A DNA stretch of 64,000 nucleotides from an uncultured Gammaproteobacteria bacterium. GTDB taxonomy: Bacteria > Pseudomonadota > Gammaproteobacteria > UBA9214. This document shows positions 1 through 10,941 of this stretch, one piece after another. Made by a program: the position numbers and the translations under genes. The DNA lies in the NCBI GenBank assembly GCA_963748215.1, contig CAVVHS010000006.1:416001-480000 (forward strand). Direction: 5' to 3'. Under the pieces are notes generated by a model that was given only the letters and a program-made list of their open reading frames with translations, was not told the DNA's origin and ran no database searches. Positions within the stretch are counted from its first letter, which is position 1. Each line of letters opens with the position of its first letter.

Positions 1-53
1 TGGAGGCATTCGGTGGCGGCTTCACTTGGGGTTCGGCACTGGTCAGGTACTGA
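1..53 (+). CDS. fabH: 3' end of beta-ketoacyl-ACP synthase III (partial)
   Basis: Frame from position 3 reads EAFGGGFTWGSALVRY*, the conserved FabH C-terminus; directly upstream of fabD. Confidence 0.9.
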   Translation, partial: EAFGGGFTWGSALVRY

Positions 54-254
54 CGATCATCGCCCGACTGCGGCCGCACAGGCCCCGGGTGACAGGTCTT
101 CATGAACATTTATCCGTTTTGCGATAAATTGCGGCCGGACGGTTTGTGCCCGAAACAGCTACGGCCGCCTTGTTCCGCAACCGGGATGAATGATTTTACA
201 GGGTTTCGCTACCGGTCAAGCAGAGCCAGGTGGCGAGAATGACAGGTTGGTTCT

Positions 255-1208
255 ATGAACAGTTCAGCAACAGACTCGACACTCGCCATGGTGTTTCCCG
301 GGCAGGGCTCGCAATCCGTCGGCATGCTGGGGGAACTGGCAGGGGAGTATCCTCAGGTCAGTGAAACATTCGAAGCAGCCAGTGACGTGCTCGGCTACGA
401 CCTCTGGGCGCTGGTGCAGCACGGGCCGGAAGAGCAGCTCAACCAGACCGACCGTACGCAACCGGCGATGCTGGCGGCAGGTGCGGCCGTGTGGCGGGTG
501 TGGCAGGTGCGTGGCGGCGCGTTACCCGCCGTCATGGCCGGTCACAGTCTCGGGGAATACACCGCGCTGGTCTGTGCCGATGCCATGGAATTCAGCGCCG
601 CCATTGCGCTGGTGGCCGAGCGCGGCCGCTGCATGCAACATGCAGTACCATCCGGTGTCGGCGCCATGGCAGCGATTCTTGGCCTGGATGATGACGCCGT
701 TGCGGCGGTCTGTGCCGATGCCGCGGCCGGCGAGATCGTCAACCCGGTCAACTTCAACTCGCCGGGGCAGGTGGTGATCGCCGGTCATGCCGGGGCGGTG
801 GAACGTGCAGTGGCAGCGGCCAGGGCGGCCGGTGCCAAACGTGCGGTGACCCTGCCGGTCAGCGTGCCATCGCACTGCGCCCTGATGCAGCCGGCAGCCG
901 AACTGTTCGCGGCACACCTGGCCGAGGCGAACATCAGCCCGCCGGCCATTCCCGTGATCCAGAATGTCGATGCCCGGCCGCACAGTGATCCGGCCGCCAT
1001 CCGCGAGAATCTCAAGCGCCAGCTATACAGCCCGGTGCAATGGGTAAGAACAGTTCTGGCCATGCGCGCGCAGGGTGTCACACGCATCGTCGAGGCCGGT
1101 CCCGGCAAGGTGCTGGCGGGACTTAACAAGCGCATCGACAAGACCATCAACAACGCGACTGTGCCGGATCCGGCTTCGCTGGAAGCGGCACTGGCAGGTA
1201 ATGAATAG
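255..1208 (+). CDS. fabD: Malonyl-CoA:ACP transacylase
   Basis: FPGQGSQ, GHSLGEY catalytic motif, VSVPSHC; fab operon context. Confidence 0.97.
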   Translation: MNSSATDSTLAMVFPGQGSQSVGMLGELAGEYPQVSETFEAASDVLGYDLWALVQHGPEEQLNQTDRTQPAMLAAGAAVWRVWQVRGGALPAVMAGHSLGEYTALVCADAMEFSAAIALVAERGRCMQHAVPSGVGAMAAILGLDDDAVAAVCADAAAGEIVNPVNFNSPGQVVIAGHAGAVERAVAAARAAGAKRAVTLPVSVPSHCALMQPAAELFAAHLAEANISPPAIPVIQNVDARPHSDPAAIRENLKRQLYSPVQWVRTVLAMRAQGVTRIVEAGPGKVLAGLNKRIDKTINNATVPDPASLEAALAGNE

Positions 1209-1229
1209 CAACCAGGGGTGGAGAGAAGC

Positions 1230-1973
1230 ATGTCGTTCGAAAAACAGATCGCGCTCGTGACCGGGGCCAGCCGAGGTATCGGCAAGGCCATTGCGGAAGT
1301 GCTGGGCAGACGCGGCGCGACCGTGATCGGCACCGCGACTTCGGAGCGTGGCGCGCAGGCCATCAGCGAGGCGCTGTCCAGCGCGGGTATCAAGGGTGAA
1401 GGCAAGGTGCTGGACGTGACCGATCAGGATTCCATCGCGGCGCTGGTGAAGGACGTGACGGAGAAATACGGCTCGCCGGGCATTCTGGTGAACAACGCCG
1501 GCATCACACGTGACAACCTGCTGATGCGCATGAAGGACGAGGAATGGGACGATGTCATCGAAACCAATCTGACCGCAGCGTTCCGCATGTGCCGTGCCTG
1601 CCTCAAGGGCATGATGAAGGCGCGTTTCGGCCGCATTATCATGATCTCCTCAGTGATCGGTGCTACCGGCAATCCCGGCCAGGCCAACTACGCCGCGACC
1701 AAGGCCGGCGTGATCGGTTTTGCCAAGTCGCTGGCACGCGAGATCGGCTCGCGCGGTATCACCGTCAATGCCGTTGCGCCGGGCTTCATCGATACCGACA
1801 TGACGCGCGCGCTGCCCGACGAGCAGCGTGCAGCGCTGCTGGACCAGATTGCGCTGGGCCGGCTCGGTGATGTGTCGGATATTGCCAATACCGTGGCTTT
1901 CCTGGCATCCAGTGACGCCGGCTATATCACCGGCGAGACCATCCACGTGAATGGCGGCATGTACATGCACTAG
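1230..1973 (+). CDS. fabG: 3-oxoacyl-ACP reductase
   Basis: TGASRGIG, NNAGITRD, YAATK SDR motifs; ATG at 1230 preferred over GTG at 1218. Confidence 0.97.
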   Translation: MSFEKQIALVTGASRGIGKAIAEVLGRRGATVIGTATSERGAQAISEALSSAGIKGEGKVLDVTDQDSIAALVKDVTEKYGSPGILVNNAGITRDNLLMRMKDEEWDDVIETNLTAAFRMCRACLKGMMKARFGRIIMISSVIGATGNPGQANYAATKAGVIGFAKSLAREIGSRGITVNAVAPGFIDTDMTRALPDEQRAALLDQIALGRLGDVSDIANTVAFLASSDAGYITGETIHVNGGMYMH

Positions 1974-2222
1974 GGCGGCTCTGATTAATTCGTCAGTGCG
2001 ACGACTGCAGGGATGCACGACTACATGGATGTAGGAGGTAGAGTAACGCATGGAGCAGTTACCGAGGAGGTAGAGTACCAACAGTAGGCGCCTTAGGCGA
2101 CGCATGGAGCAGTTACCGGGGTACAAAGTAACGAAGCAATCTCCAGGTAACTGATTCCATAGTCATGAGATTGCCGCGCTACGCTCGCAATGACGGGAAT
2201 ATTTCAATCAATCAGTGCTTCC
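1974..2222. mobile_element. MITE-like element with IS5-like imperfect terminal inverted repeats, containing nested small repeats
   Basis: Left end GGCGGCTCTGATTAATT vs reverse complement of right end GGAAGCACTGATTGATT; flanked by CTAG and CTGG; internal arms AAGCAATCTC...GAGATTGCCGCGCTACGCTCGCAATGACG; no ORF. Confidence 0.6.
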
Positions 2223-2446
2223 CTGGGTATTTTGCCTGCGCAATGCAGTGTGATGAATGGCTGTTAAGCGATTGTTAATTATATAAAAATAATTTGCACC
2301 TGGCGCAGACTGTCAAACAGGCGCAGGTGCGTCGTATCATCCGGCATTGCCCCGGGGCTTGTGACTTGTAAGTTGCGTCGGCCATTCACTACAATACCCG
2401 GCGCGGCCCCGGCTGCGCTCCACAAAACAGAGAGGAACAACCTGAA

Positions 2447-2683
2447 ATGAGCACGATTGATGAACGCGTCAAAAAGATTGTCGTTGAGCAGTTGGGCGTA
2501 AAGGAAGAAGAAGTCAACGACAGCTCTTCATTCGTCGATGACCTTGGCGCAGATTCTCTGGATACCGTCGAGCTGGTTATGGCGCTGGAAGAGGAATTCG
2601 AGTGCGAGATTCCTGACGAGGAAGCCGAAAAGATCACTACCGTCCAGCAGGCGATTGACTACGTTAACGCTCACCAGGGCTAA
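2447..2683 (+). CDS. acpP: Acyl carrier protein
   Basis: [20 protein letters not shown] phosphopantetheine site; 78 aa. Confidence 0.98.
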   Translation: MSTIDERVKKIVVEQLGVKEEEVNDSSSFVDDLGADSLDTVELVMALEEEFECEIPDEEAEKITTVQQAIDYVNAHQG

Positions 2684-2702
2684 GCCGTTACATGGACATA
2701 CC

Positions 2703-2741
2703 GGCCGCACCGTCATGACGGGTGCGGCCTTTTGCTTTTTT
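2703..2741 (+). terminator. Intrinsic terminator/attenuator after acpP
   Basis: GGCCGCACC-loop-GGTGCGGCC hairpin followed by TTTTGCTTTTTT. Confidence 0.75.
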
Positions 2742-2776
2742 ATGTGGAGTCAAACAGGCGATAGTGGAGTCGTACA

Positions 2777-4021
2777 TTGTCCAAGAGACGTGTGGTAGTA
2801 ACCGGCCTGGGTATCATCTCTCCTGTGGGTAACAGCGTCGGGGACGCCTGGGACAATATCCGCACCGGCAAAAGCGGTATCGGTCCCATTGCCAACTTCG
2901 ACGCTTCGGATTTTACGGTACGCTTTGCCGGCGAAATACGTGACTTCGATGCCACGCAATACATCAATGGCAAGGACGCGCGCCGCATGGGTGCGTTCAT
3001 TCATTACGGTATCGCGGCTTCCTGCCAGGCGATCGATGACTCGGGTATCGAGATCACACCGGAGAACGCCGCGCGTGCAGGCGTCGCAATCGGTTCCGGC
3101 ATAGGCGGTCTGCACGGTATCGAGGTTGCCTACCAGAACTACCTCGATGGCGGTCCGCGCAAGATCTCGCCGTTCTTCGTGCCCGGTAATATCATCAACA
3201 TGATCGCCGGCAACCTGTCGATCATGTATGGCATGAAGGGGCCGAACATCGCCATCGTCACGGCATGTACCACGTCTACGCACAACATCGGTGTCGCCGC
3301 GCGTACCATCGCCTATGGCGATGCCGACATCATGGTTGCCGGCGGAGCGGAGATGACCACGTGTCCGACCGGTATCGGCGGATTTGCCGCCGCGCGTGCG
3401 CTCTCGACCCGCAACGACGATCCGCAGGCGGCCAGCCGGCCCTGGGACAGGGATCGCGATGGCTTCGTGCTCAGTGACGGTGCCGGCATACTCGTGCTCG
3501 AGGAATATGAACTCGCACGCAGGCGCGGCGCCGACATCTATTGCGAAATCGTCGGCTTCGGCATGAGCGGCGACGCCTTCCATATGACCCAGCCCTCGGA
3601 AGGCGGCGAGGGGCCGGCGCAGTGCATGGATGCCGCGTTGCGCGATGCCGGCATCAATCACGATGCCGTCGACTACATCAACGCACACGGCACGTCGACA
3701 CCAGCCGGCGATGTGGCGGAGACACTCGCCATCAAGCGCTCCTTCGGCGAGCAGGCCGGGAAGGTTGCCATCAGTTCCACCAAGTCGATGACCGGTCATC
3801 TGCTCGGCGCGGCAGGTGGCGTCGAGGCGGTGTTCACCATCATGGCGCTGCGCGACCAGCTTGCACCACCGACGATCAATCTCGATAATCCGGACCCCGC
3901 CTGTGACCTGGACTACGTGCCCAATACGGCGCGTGATATGAAGATCGATATTGCCCTGTCGAATTCATTCGGCTTTGGCGGCACCAACGGTACGCTGGTG
4001 TTCCGTCGGCTGGAGCATTGA
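2777..4021 (+). CDS. fabF: Beta-ketoacyl-ACP synthase II
   Basis: [38 protein letters not shown]; TTG start. Confidence 0.97.
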   Translation: MSKRRVVVTGLGIISPVGNSVGDAWDNIRTGKSGIGPIANFDASDFTVRFAGEIRDFDATQYINGKDARRMGAFIHYGIAASCQAIDDSGIEITPENAARAGVAIGSGIGGLHGIEVAYQNYLDGGPRKISPFFVPGNIINMIAGNLSIMYGMKGPNIAIVTACTTSTHNIGVAARTIAYGDADIMVAGGAEMTTCPTGIGGFAAARALSTRNDDPQAASRPWDRDRDGFVLSDGAGILVLEEYELARRRGADIYCEIVGFGMSGDAFHMTQPSEGGEGPAQCMDAALRDAGINHDAVDYINAHGTSTPAGDVAETLAIKRSFGEQAGKVAISSTKSMTGHLLGAAGGVEAVFTIMALRDQLAPPTINLDNPDPACDLDYVPNTARDMKIDIALSNSFGFGGTNGTLVFRRLEH

Positions 4022-4149
4022 CGCCGGCATGGAATGAAACATCCGCCGGAGCGCCTGGCCTGTGCCGGGTTCTCCGGCATGGCAAGCCCTGCCTGCTTGG
4101 CGCTCGCGCATACTTTTCCAACTGCTGATCACCGGAGCGGTATGCGCCC

Positions 4150-5505
4150 ATGGCTGCAATCATCAGAGAGGCCGGCCGGTCGGTAAACCTCCTCGCGCTG
4201 CACCAGTCCAACCCGGCGCGCTATCCCCACCTGCTGCAGAGCGCAACTCCCGGGCGCTATGACATCCTGTTCGCCTGCCCTGGCGACAGCCTGGTGCTTG
4301 ATGCCGCGGGACGGCTGCTGGGCCCGCCTGTCGGGGCGGATACTGCCGGCTTTCTCGACCGGCTGGATTGCTGGTGGCAGCATGAACAGGACCGCTACGA
4401 TGGCGGCGGGCTGCCGTTCAGCGGCGGCTGGTTTGTCTATCTCGGCTACGAACTGGCAAGTCAGATCGAACCGCGGCTGCGCCTGCCTGCACCGGCGGCC
4501 ACATTGCCGGTAGCCTTTGCCACGCGCATTCCCGGCGCCCTGATTTACGACCATGCCGCGGAACGTACGCTGATCGTCTCCGAGCCTGGCCGGCAGGATG
4601 TGATAGATACCATTGCCAGCGATATCGCGCATCTGCCCCATACGGCGTCGGTCGCCATGCGCGATGTTGCTATCGAGCGCATGGACGAGGATGACCCGCA
4701 ATGCTTTCTCGATGCCGTGGCACGTATCCACGACTACATCGTCGAGGGTGACGTATTCCAGGTCAACCTGTCGCGCGCCTGGCGCATCGCGCTGCGGCAA
4801 GCTGCCGTGCCCGATGTCCTGTTCAATAACCTGCACATCCAGAATCCGTCACCGTACAGCGGTCTGGCGTGCTGGGGCGATACTGCCATTATCAGTTCCT
4901 CGCCGGAGCGGCTGGTGTCAGTGCGTGACGGCGTCGTGGAGACCCGGCCGATCGCCGGCACCCGGCCGCGCGGCAAGGGCGGTGCGGAGGACGCGGCCCG
5001 TTCCGGGGAGCTGCTCGCGCATCCCAAGGAACGCGCCGAGCACATCATGCTGATCGACCTCGAGCGCAACGATCTGGGCCGGATCTGCGTGCCCGGCAGT
5101 ATCGAGGTCAATGAACTCATGGTGCTGGAGTCCTACGCACATGTGCATCACATCGTCTCCAATGTGCGCGGCCGCCTGCGCAGTGACATACTGCCCGGGC
5201 AGGTGCTGCGTGCGGTGTTCCCGGGCGGCACCATTACCGGCTGCCCCAAGGTGCGTTGCATGGAGATCATCGCGGAACTCGAGCAACGGCCGCGCGGGGC
5301 CTATACCGGCTCGATGGGCTACCTCAATCGCGATGGCAGCATGGACATGAACATCCTGATCCGCACCATGGTCAGTCACGGCCGGCAGCTGGAACTGCGT
5401 GCGGGCGCCGGTATCGTGGCGGATTCCATCGCCGCTGCAGAGCTGGAAGAGACTCGCGACAAGGCGCGGGGTCTGCTACATGCACTGGGGCTGACCGACG
5501 CATGA
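4150..5505 (+). CDS. pabB: Aminodeoxychorismate synthase component I (chorismate-binding MST family)
   Basis: SSSPERL, RPIAGTRPR, KERAEHIMLIDLERNDLG, FPGGTITGCPK; overlaps pabC start (ATGA). Confidence 0.85.
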   Translation: MAAIIREAGRSVNLLALHQSNPARYPHLLQSATPGRYDILFACPGDSLVLDAAGRLLGPPVGADTAGFLDRLDCWWQHEQDRYDGGGLPFSGGWFVYLGYELASQIEPRLRLPAPAATLPVAFATRIPGALIYDHAAERTLIVSEPGRQDVIDTIASDIAHLPHTASVAMRDVAIERMDEDDPQCFLDAVARIHDYIVEGDVFQVNLSRAWRIALRQAAVPDVLFNNLHIQNPSPYSGLACWGDTAIISSSPERLVSVRDGVVETRPIAGTRPRGKGGAEDAARSGELLAHPKERAEHIMLIDLERNDLGRICVPGSIEVNELMVLESYAHVHHIVSNVRGRLRSDILPGQVLRAVFPGGTITGCPKVRCMEIIAELEQRPRGAYTGSMGYLNRDGSMDMNILIRTMVSHGRQLELRAGAGIVADSIAAAELEETRDKARGLLHALGLTDA

Positions 5506-6331
5506 ACACCGTGGTGACCCTGGTCAACGGCCGGGACGGCGACTGCCTGTCCACGCAGGACCGCGGGCTGTTGTATGGTGACGGCCTGTTCGAGACAATG
5601 GCCGTTCACGACGGATTGCCGGTGCACTGGACGCGTCACCTGGCGCGTCTGCGGGACGGTTGTGCAAGGCTGGGTATTCCACAACCCGATGCGGGCGTGC
5701 TTGAAACCGAGGCTGCCAGCCTGTGCCGGGGCGCGGAGCATGCGGTGCTCAAGCTCGTTGTCACGCGCGGCAGCGGCGGGCGCGGCTACCGCCCGGATCC
5801 CGCTACCGTGCCGACGCGGATACTGCAGTTGCATCCGTATCCGTCCTGGCCGGATGAATATGCGCGGGACGGTGTACACGTCCGCATTTGCAGGATGCAA
5901 CTGGGCTGCAATCCGCAACTGGCCGGTATCAAGCACCTGAACCGGCTGGAGCAGGTGCTGGCGCGTGCCGAATGGGATGATCCCGCCATCGGTGAGGGGC
6001 TGGTGCAGGATGCGCGCGGTTACCTGATCGAGGGCACCATGAGCAATGTCTTCCTGGCCCGGGACGGCGTGCTGTTGACGCCTGACCTGACGCGCTGCGG
6101 CGTGGACGGTATCACGCGCGCGCTGATCCTGGAGCTCGCTGCGCGGGCGGGTATCGCGACCGGCGTGCGCGACATTGCCATGGATGAACTGCACAGTGCG
6201 GACGAGATCCTGCTGTGCAACAGCCTGATCGGTGTCTGGCCGGTGACGCGTATCGCGGACCGGCGCTACCCGGCTGGTAAAATAACACGACTGTTGCAGA
6301 CATTCCTGCGTGAACACGTGGACAGCGGACT

Positions 6332-6335
<4 letters not shown>
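5502..6335 (+). CDS. pabC: Aminodeoxychorismate lyase
   Basis: DRGLLYGDGLFET, GIKHLNRLEQVLA, EGTMSN; class IV PLP enzyme preceding mltG; true start ATG 5502. Confidence 0.93.
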
Positions 6336-8007
<1,672 letters not shown>

Positions 8008-8159
8008 CGCGCGTCTGGCAATCAGGCGCTAGCCCGTCTCCCTGATTGTTTGTAACCCGCAGTTCCCACCCGCGGGTGCGCGCCTGTCCGACATCCGGCA
8101 TAATCGGCGCGATATAGACTGAAATCCGGAATCACCCCGCGCCCGAGGCAGCCGCTGAC

Positions 8160-9134
8160 ATGTCCGCACCTTATCCTTGGCTGGAACCCTGCCGGCAGAT
8201 GTTTGCCGAGCTGATCGCGCGTGACCGGATGCCGCACGCGCTGTTGGTCACCGGTCAGCCGGGCATGGGGAAGGCGGCGTTTGCCCGACTGCTGGCACAA
8301 ATGCTGCTCTGCGAAGCGCGAGTCGACGCGGCACCGCCCTGCGGTCAATGCCCGGGCTGCATCCAGTTTCAGGCCGGCTCGCACCCGGATTTCTTCACCG
8401 TTTCCCCGCAAGAGGATTCACAGGTCATCAAGGTGGACCAGGTGCGTGAACTGGGCGAAAAGCTTGCCCTGTCCAGTTATCGCGCCGGTTTCAAGACCGC
8501 GGTCATGATTCCGGCCGAGGCCATGAATATCAATGCCGCCAACAGCTTGCTAAAGACGCTGGAGGAACCATCCGATAACACGGTACTGGTCCTGGTCAGC
8601 GCACGACCGGCCCGGCTGCCGGCCACCATTCGCAGCCGATGCCGGCAGCTGCGCATTCCGGCACCGGATCCGGCAGTTGCACAGGCCTGGCTGGCCAGGC
8701 AGCTGGACGGACAGGATCCGGAACGTTACCTGCAGCTGGCCGACGGTGCGCCGCTCGAGGCACTCAGGCTGGCAGAGGCGCAGGTCATCGAGGCCCGACA
8801 CAGGCAGTTCCAGGCACTGGCGGGCGTGCTTGAAGGCAAGGTGGACCCGTTGGCAGTCGCGGCGGACTGGTGCAAGGACGAGGGTCTGCAGGCGGTACAC
8901 TGGCTGCGTGACTGGCTGATGGACATGATTCGGGTCCGTGCGACCGGTCAGGCCGGCGTGGCGCGCAGTGTCGACCTTGCTGAAGGTCTTGCCAGTCTTG
9001 CCACCAGGCTCGACAGCCGGGTATTGTTCCGGCAACTGGATAACATCAACAGGCTGTTGCGCAGCAACGACGGTAGCCTGAACCGCCAGCTCATGGCCGA
9101 GGATATATTGCTCGCCTGGGCGGCACGGCAGTAA
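8160..9134 (+). CDS. holB: DNA polymerase III subunit delta'
   Basis: YPW start, HALL, zinc site PCGQCPGC, HPDF, AANSLLKTLEEP, TIRSRC. Confidence 0.95.
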   Translation: MSAPYPWLEPCRQMFAELIARDRMPHALLVTGQPGMGKAAFARLLAQMLLCEARVDAAPPCGQCPGCIQFQAGSHPDFFTVSPQEDSQVIKVDQVRELGEKLALSSYRAGFKTAVMIPAEAMNINAANSLLKTLEEPSDNTVLVLVSARPARLPATIRSRCRQLRIPAPDPAVAQAWLARQLDGQDPERYLQLADGAPLEALRLAEAQVIEARHRQFQALAGVLEGKVDPLAVAADWCKDEGLQAVHWLRDWLMDMIRVRATGQAGVARSVDLAEGLASLATRLDSRVLFRQLDNINRLLRSNDGSLNRQLMAEDILLAWAARQ

Positions 9135-9147
9135 CCACAGGGGACAG

Positions 9148-9504
9148 ATGATGAACACCGGAACCTCCGCGCGTCAGGGCATTCTCTCGCTCACCATCAA
9201 GGACAAGAGCGCGCTGTATGCGGCCTATATGCCGTTCATCAAGGGTGGCGGGCTGTTCATTCCCACCAAGAAAGAATACAAGCTGGGTGAAGAGGTGTTC
9301 ATGCTGCTTACGCTGATGGACGAGACCGAGAAGCTGCCTGTTGCCGGCAAGATTGTCTGGATCACCCCGGTCGGTGCGCAGGGCAACCGTGCCGCCGGTA
9401 TCGGCGTGCAGTTCAGCAACCAGGACGAAGGACACGCCCGCAACAAGATCGAGGGCTTTCTGGCCGGTGCACTCGACAGCGACCGCCCGACCCATACCAT
9501 GTAA
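9148..9504 (+). CDS. pilZ: Type IV pilus assembly PilZ protein
   Basis: LYAAYMPFIKGGGLFIPT...GIGVQF...RPTHTM; holB-pilZ-tatD synteny. Confidence 0.93.
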   Translation: MMNTGTSARQGILSLTIKDKSALYAAYMPFIKGGGLFIPTKKEYKLGEEVFMLLTLMDETEKLPVAGKIVWITPVGAQGNRAAGIGVQFSNQDEGHARNKIEGFLAGALDSDRPTHTM

Positions 9505-9598
9505 AGGCCGGCTGTATCGCAAACCGCTGCGATGCCGGTTTGGCAGTCGTGGCCAAACCCTCTATCATTGCCGCTGATCAGAAACGCGGACCTGATTC

Positions 9599-10384
9599 AT
9601 GCTTGTCGATTCCCATTGCCACCTTGACATGCTCGACCTCGCGCCGTTCGGCGGCAGCGTGGACGGTGTGCTCGAGGCCGCACGCGCCAGCGATGTAGGT
9701 CATTTCCTGTGCGTCGCGGTCAACCTCGAGGATTATCCCGCCATGCTGGGTATTGCCGAGACCCACGACAATGTCACGGCCTCGGTCGGGCTGCATCCCA
9801 ATGAACGCGGCGGCCACGAACCGGATATCGACGAACTTGTGCAGCTGGCGCAGCACCCGAAGGTAGTTGCCATCGGCGAAACCGGTCTCGATTATTTCCG
9901 CAGCGAAGGCGATCTCGACTGGCAGCGCGATCGTTTCCGTCGTCACATCGTCGCGGCGAAACAGGCCGGCAAACCGCTGATCATCCACTCACGCGATGCC
10001 GGTGAGGATACGATTTCCATCCTGGCGGAAGAGCATGCCAGCGATATCGGTGGTGTCATGCACTGCTTTACCGGCGACTGGGCCATGGCGCAGCAGGCTC
10101 TGGAACTCAATTTCCATATTTCGTTTTCCGGTATCGTCACCTTCCGCAATGCCGCCGCCTTGCAGGAAGTCGCGCGCAGGCTGCCGCTGGAGCGCATGCT
10201 GGTGGAAACCGACTGCCCCTACCTGGCACCGGTTCCGCATCGCGGTAAACCCAACCAGCCGGCCTATGTGCGTCACACCGCCGAGTTTATCGCCGGGTTG
10301 CGCGGTGTCAGCTATGACACGATAGCCACTGCCACCACGGCGAATTTCACGGCGCTGTTCAGGCCGCCTATAATGACATTGTAG
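9599..10384 (+). CDS. TatD-family (YcfH-like) hydrolase/DNase
   Basis: DSHCHL, GLHP, IGETGLDY, IHSR, HCF, ETDCPYLAP. Confidence 0.93.
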   Translation: MLVDSHCHLDMLDLAPFGGSVDGVLEAARASDVGHFLCVAVNLEDYPAMLGIAETHDNVTASVGLHPNERGGHEPDIDELVQLAQHPKVVAIGETGLDYFRSEGDLDWQRDRFRRHIVAAKQAGKPLIIHSRDAGEDTISILAEEHASDIGGVMHCFTGDWAMAQQALELNFHISFSGIVTFRNAAALQEVARRLPLERMLVETDCPYLAPVPHRGKPNQPAYVRHTAEFIAGLRGVSYDTIATATTANFTALFRPPIMTL

Positions 10385-10500
10385 GAGCGGACCGCGTCCG
10401 CGATCTTTTGGGACTGAAAAATATCGCGCGATGTACAGGATGTACGAGTGCCGTGCAGCACAGGATGTGCGGGAACGGCCTTGCGAAGCGCTGCTGCAAA
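10381..10500. repeat. GTAG-type REP-like palindromic element with an inserted GGA-hairpin repeat
   Basis: GTAGGAGCGGACCGCGTCCGCGAT...ATCGCG between convergent genes; same arm recurs at 63524-63606; insert holds GTACAGGATGTAC and GCACAGGATGTGC hairpins. Confidence 0.6.
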
Positions 10501-10519
10501 GATCGTATGGGCATCGGCG

Positions 10520-10909
10520 TTAGCGCAGCGGTCTGGGACGGCGCTGCTCGTCAACCGCCACGTAGGTGAGGTCTGCCTCGGTGACCAGGATCACCTCGTG
10601 GGTTTCCTGCTGGCGCTCGGCGAAGGCCTTGACGTTGACGGTGAGCGAGGTGTTGCCGATGCGGGTGATTTCCGCGTAGCAGCTGATCAGGTCGCCGACG
10701 AACACCGGCTGTCTGAATTCGAAGGAGTTGACGGCCACGGTAACGATACGGCCATTGGCGCGACGCCGCGCAATGATGCTGCCGGCGATGTCCACCTGCG
10801 ACATCAGCCAGCCACCGAAGATGTCGCCGGCAGAATTGGTGTCGGCCGGTGTTGCCATGACGCGGATGGCGAGGTGGCGCTCATCGGGAAGGAGGGCACG
10901 GTCGTTCAT
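10520..10909 (-). CDS. Acyl-CoA thioesterase (hotdog fold, YciA-like)
   Basis: PADTNSAGDIFGGWLMSQVDIAG; start ATG 10909 (longer ORF overlaps upstream gene). Confidence 0.92.
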   Translation of the reverse strand: MNDRALLPDERHLAIRVMATPADTNSAGDIFGGWLMSQVDIAGSIIARRRANGRIVTVAVNSFEFRQPVFVGDLISCYAEITRIGNTSLTVNVKAFAERQQETHEVILVTEADLTYVAVDEQRRPRPLR

Positions 10910-10941
10910 TGCTGTCTGTGCCGGGTTGCCTGCGGCACCCT

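Noticed and set aside
2750-3799. Long antisense ORFs (e.g. 2750-3799, 5376-6317, 6464-7396, 42815-44059)
   Set aside because: Shadows of well-supported genes, expected from high-GC codon bias; no recognisable motifs
4150-5505. pabB inside the fab-pabC-mltG cluster as a novelty
   Set aside because: A logical pabB-pabC pairing that occurs in other Gammaproteobacteria
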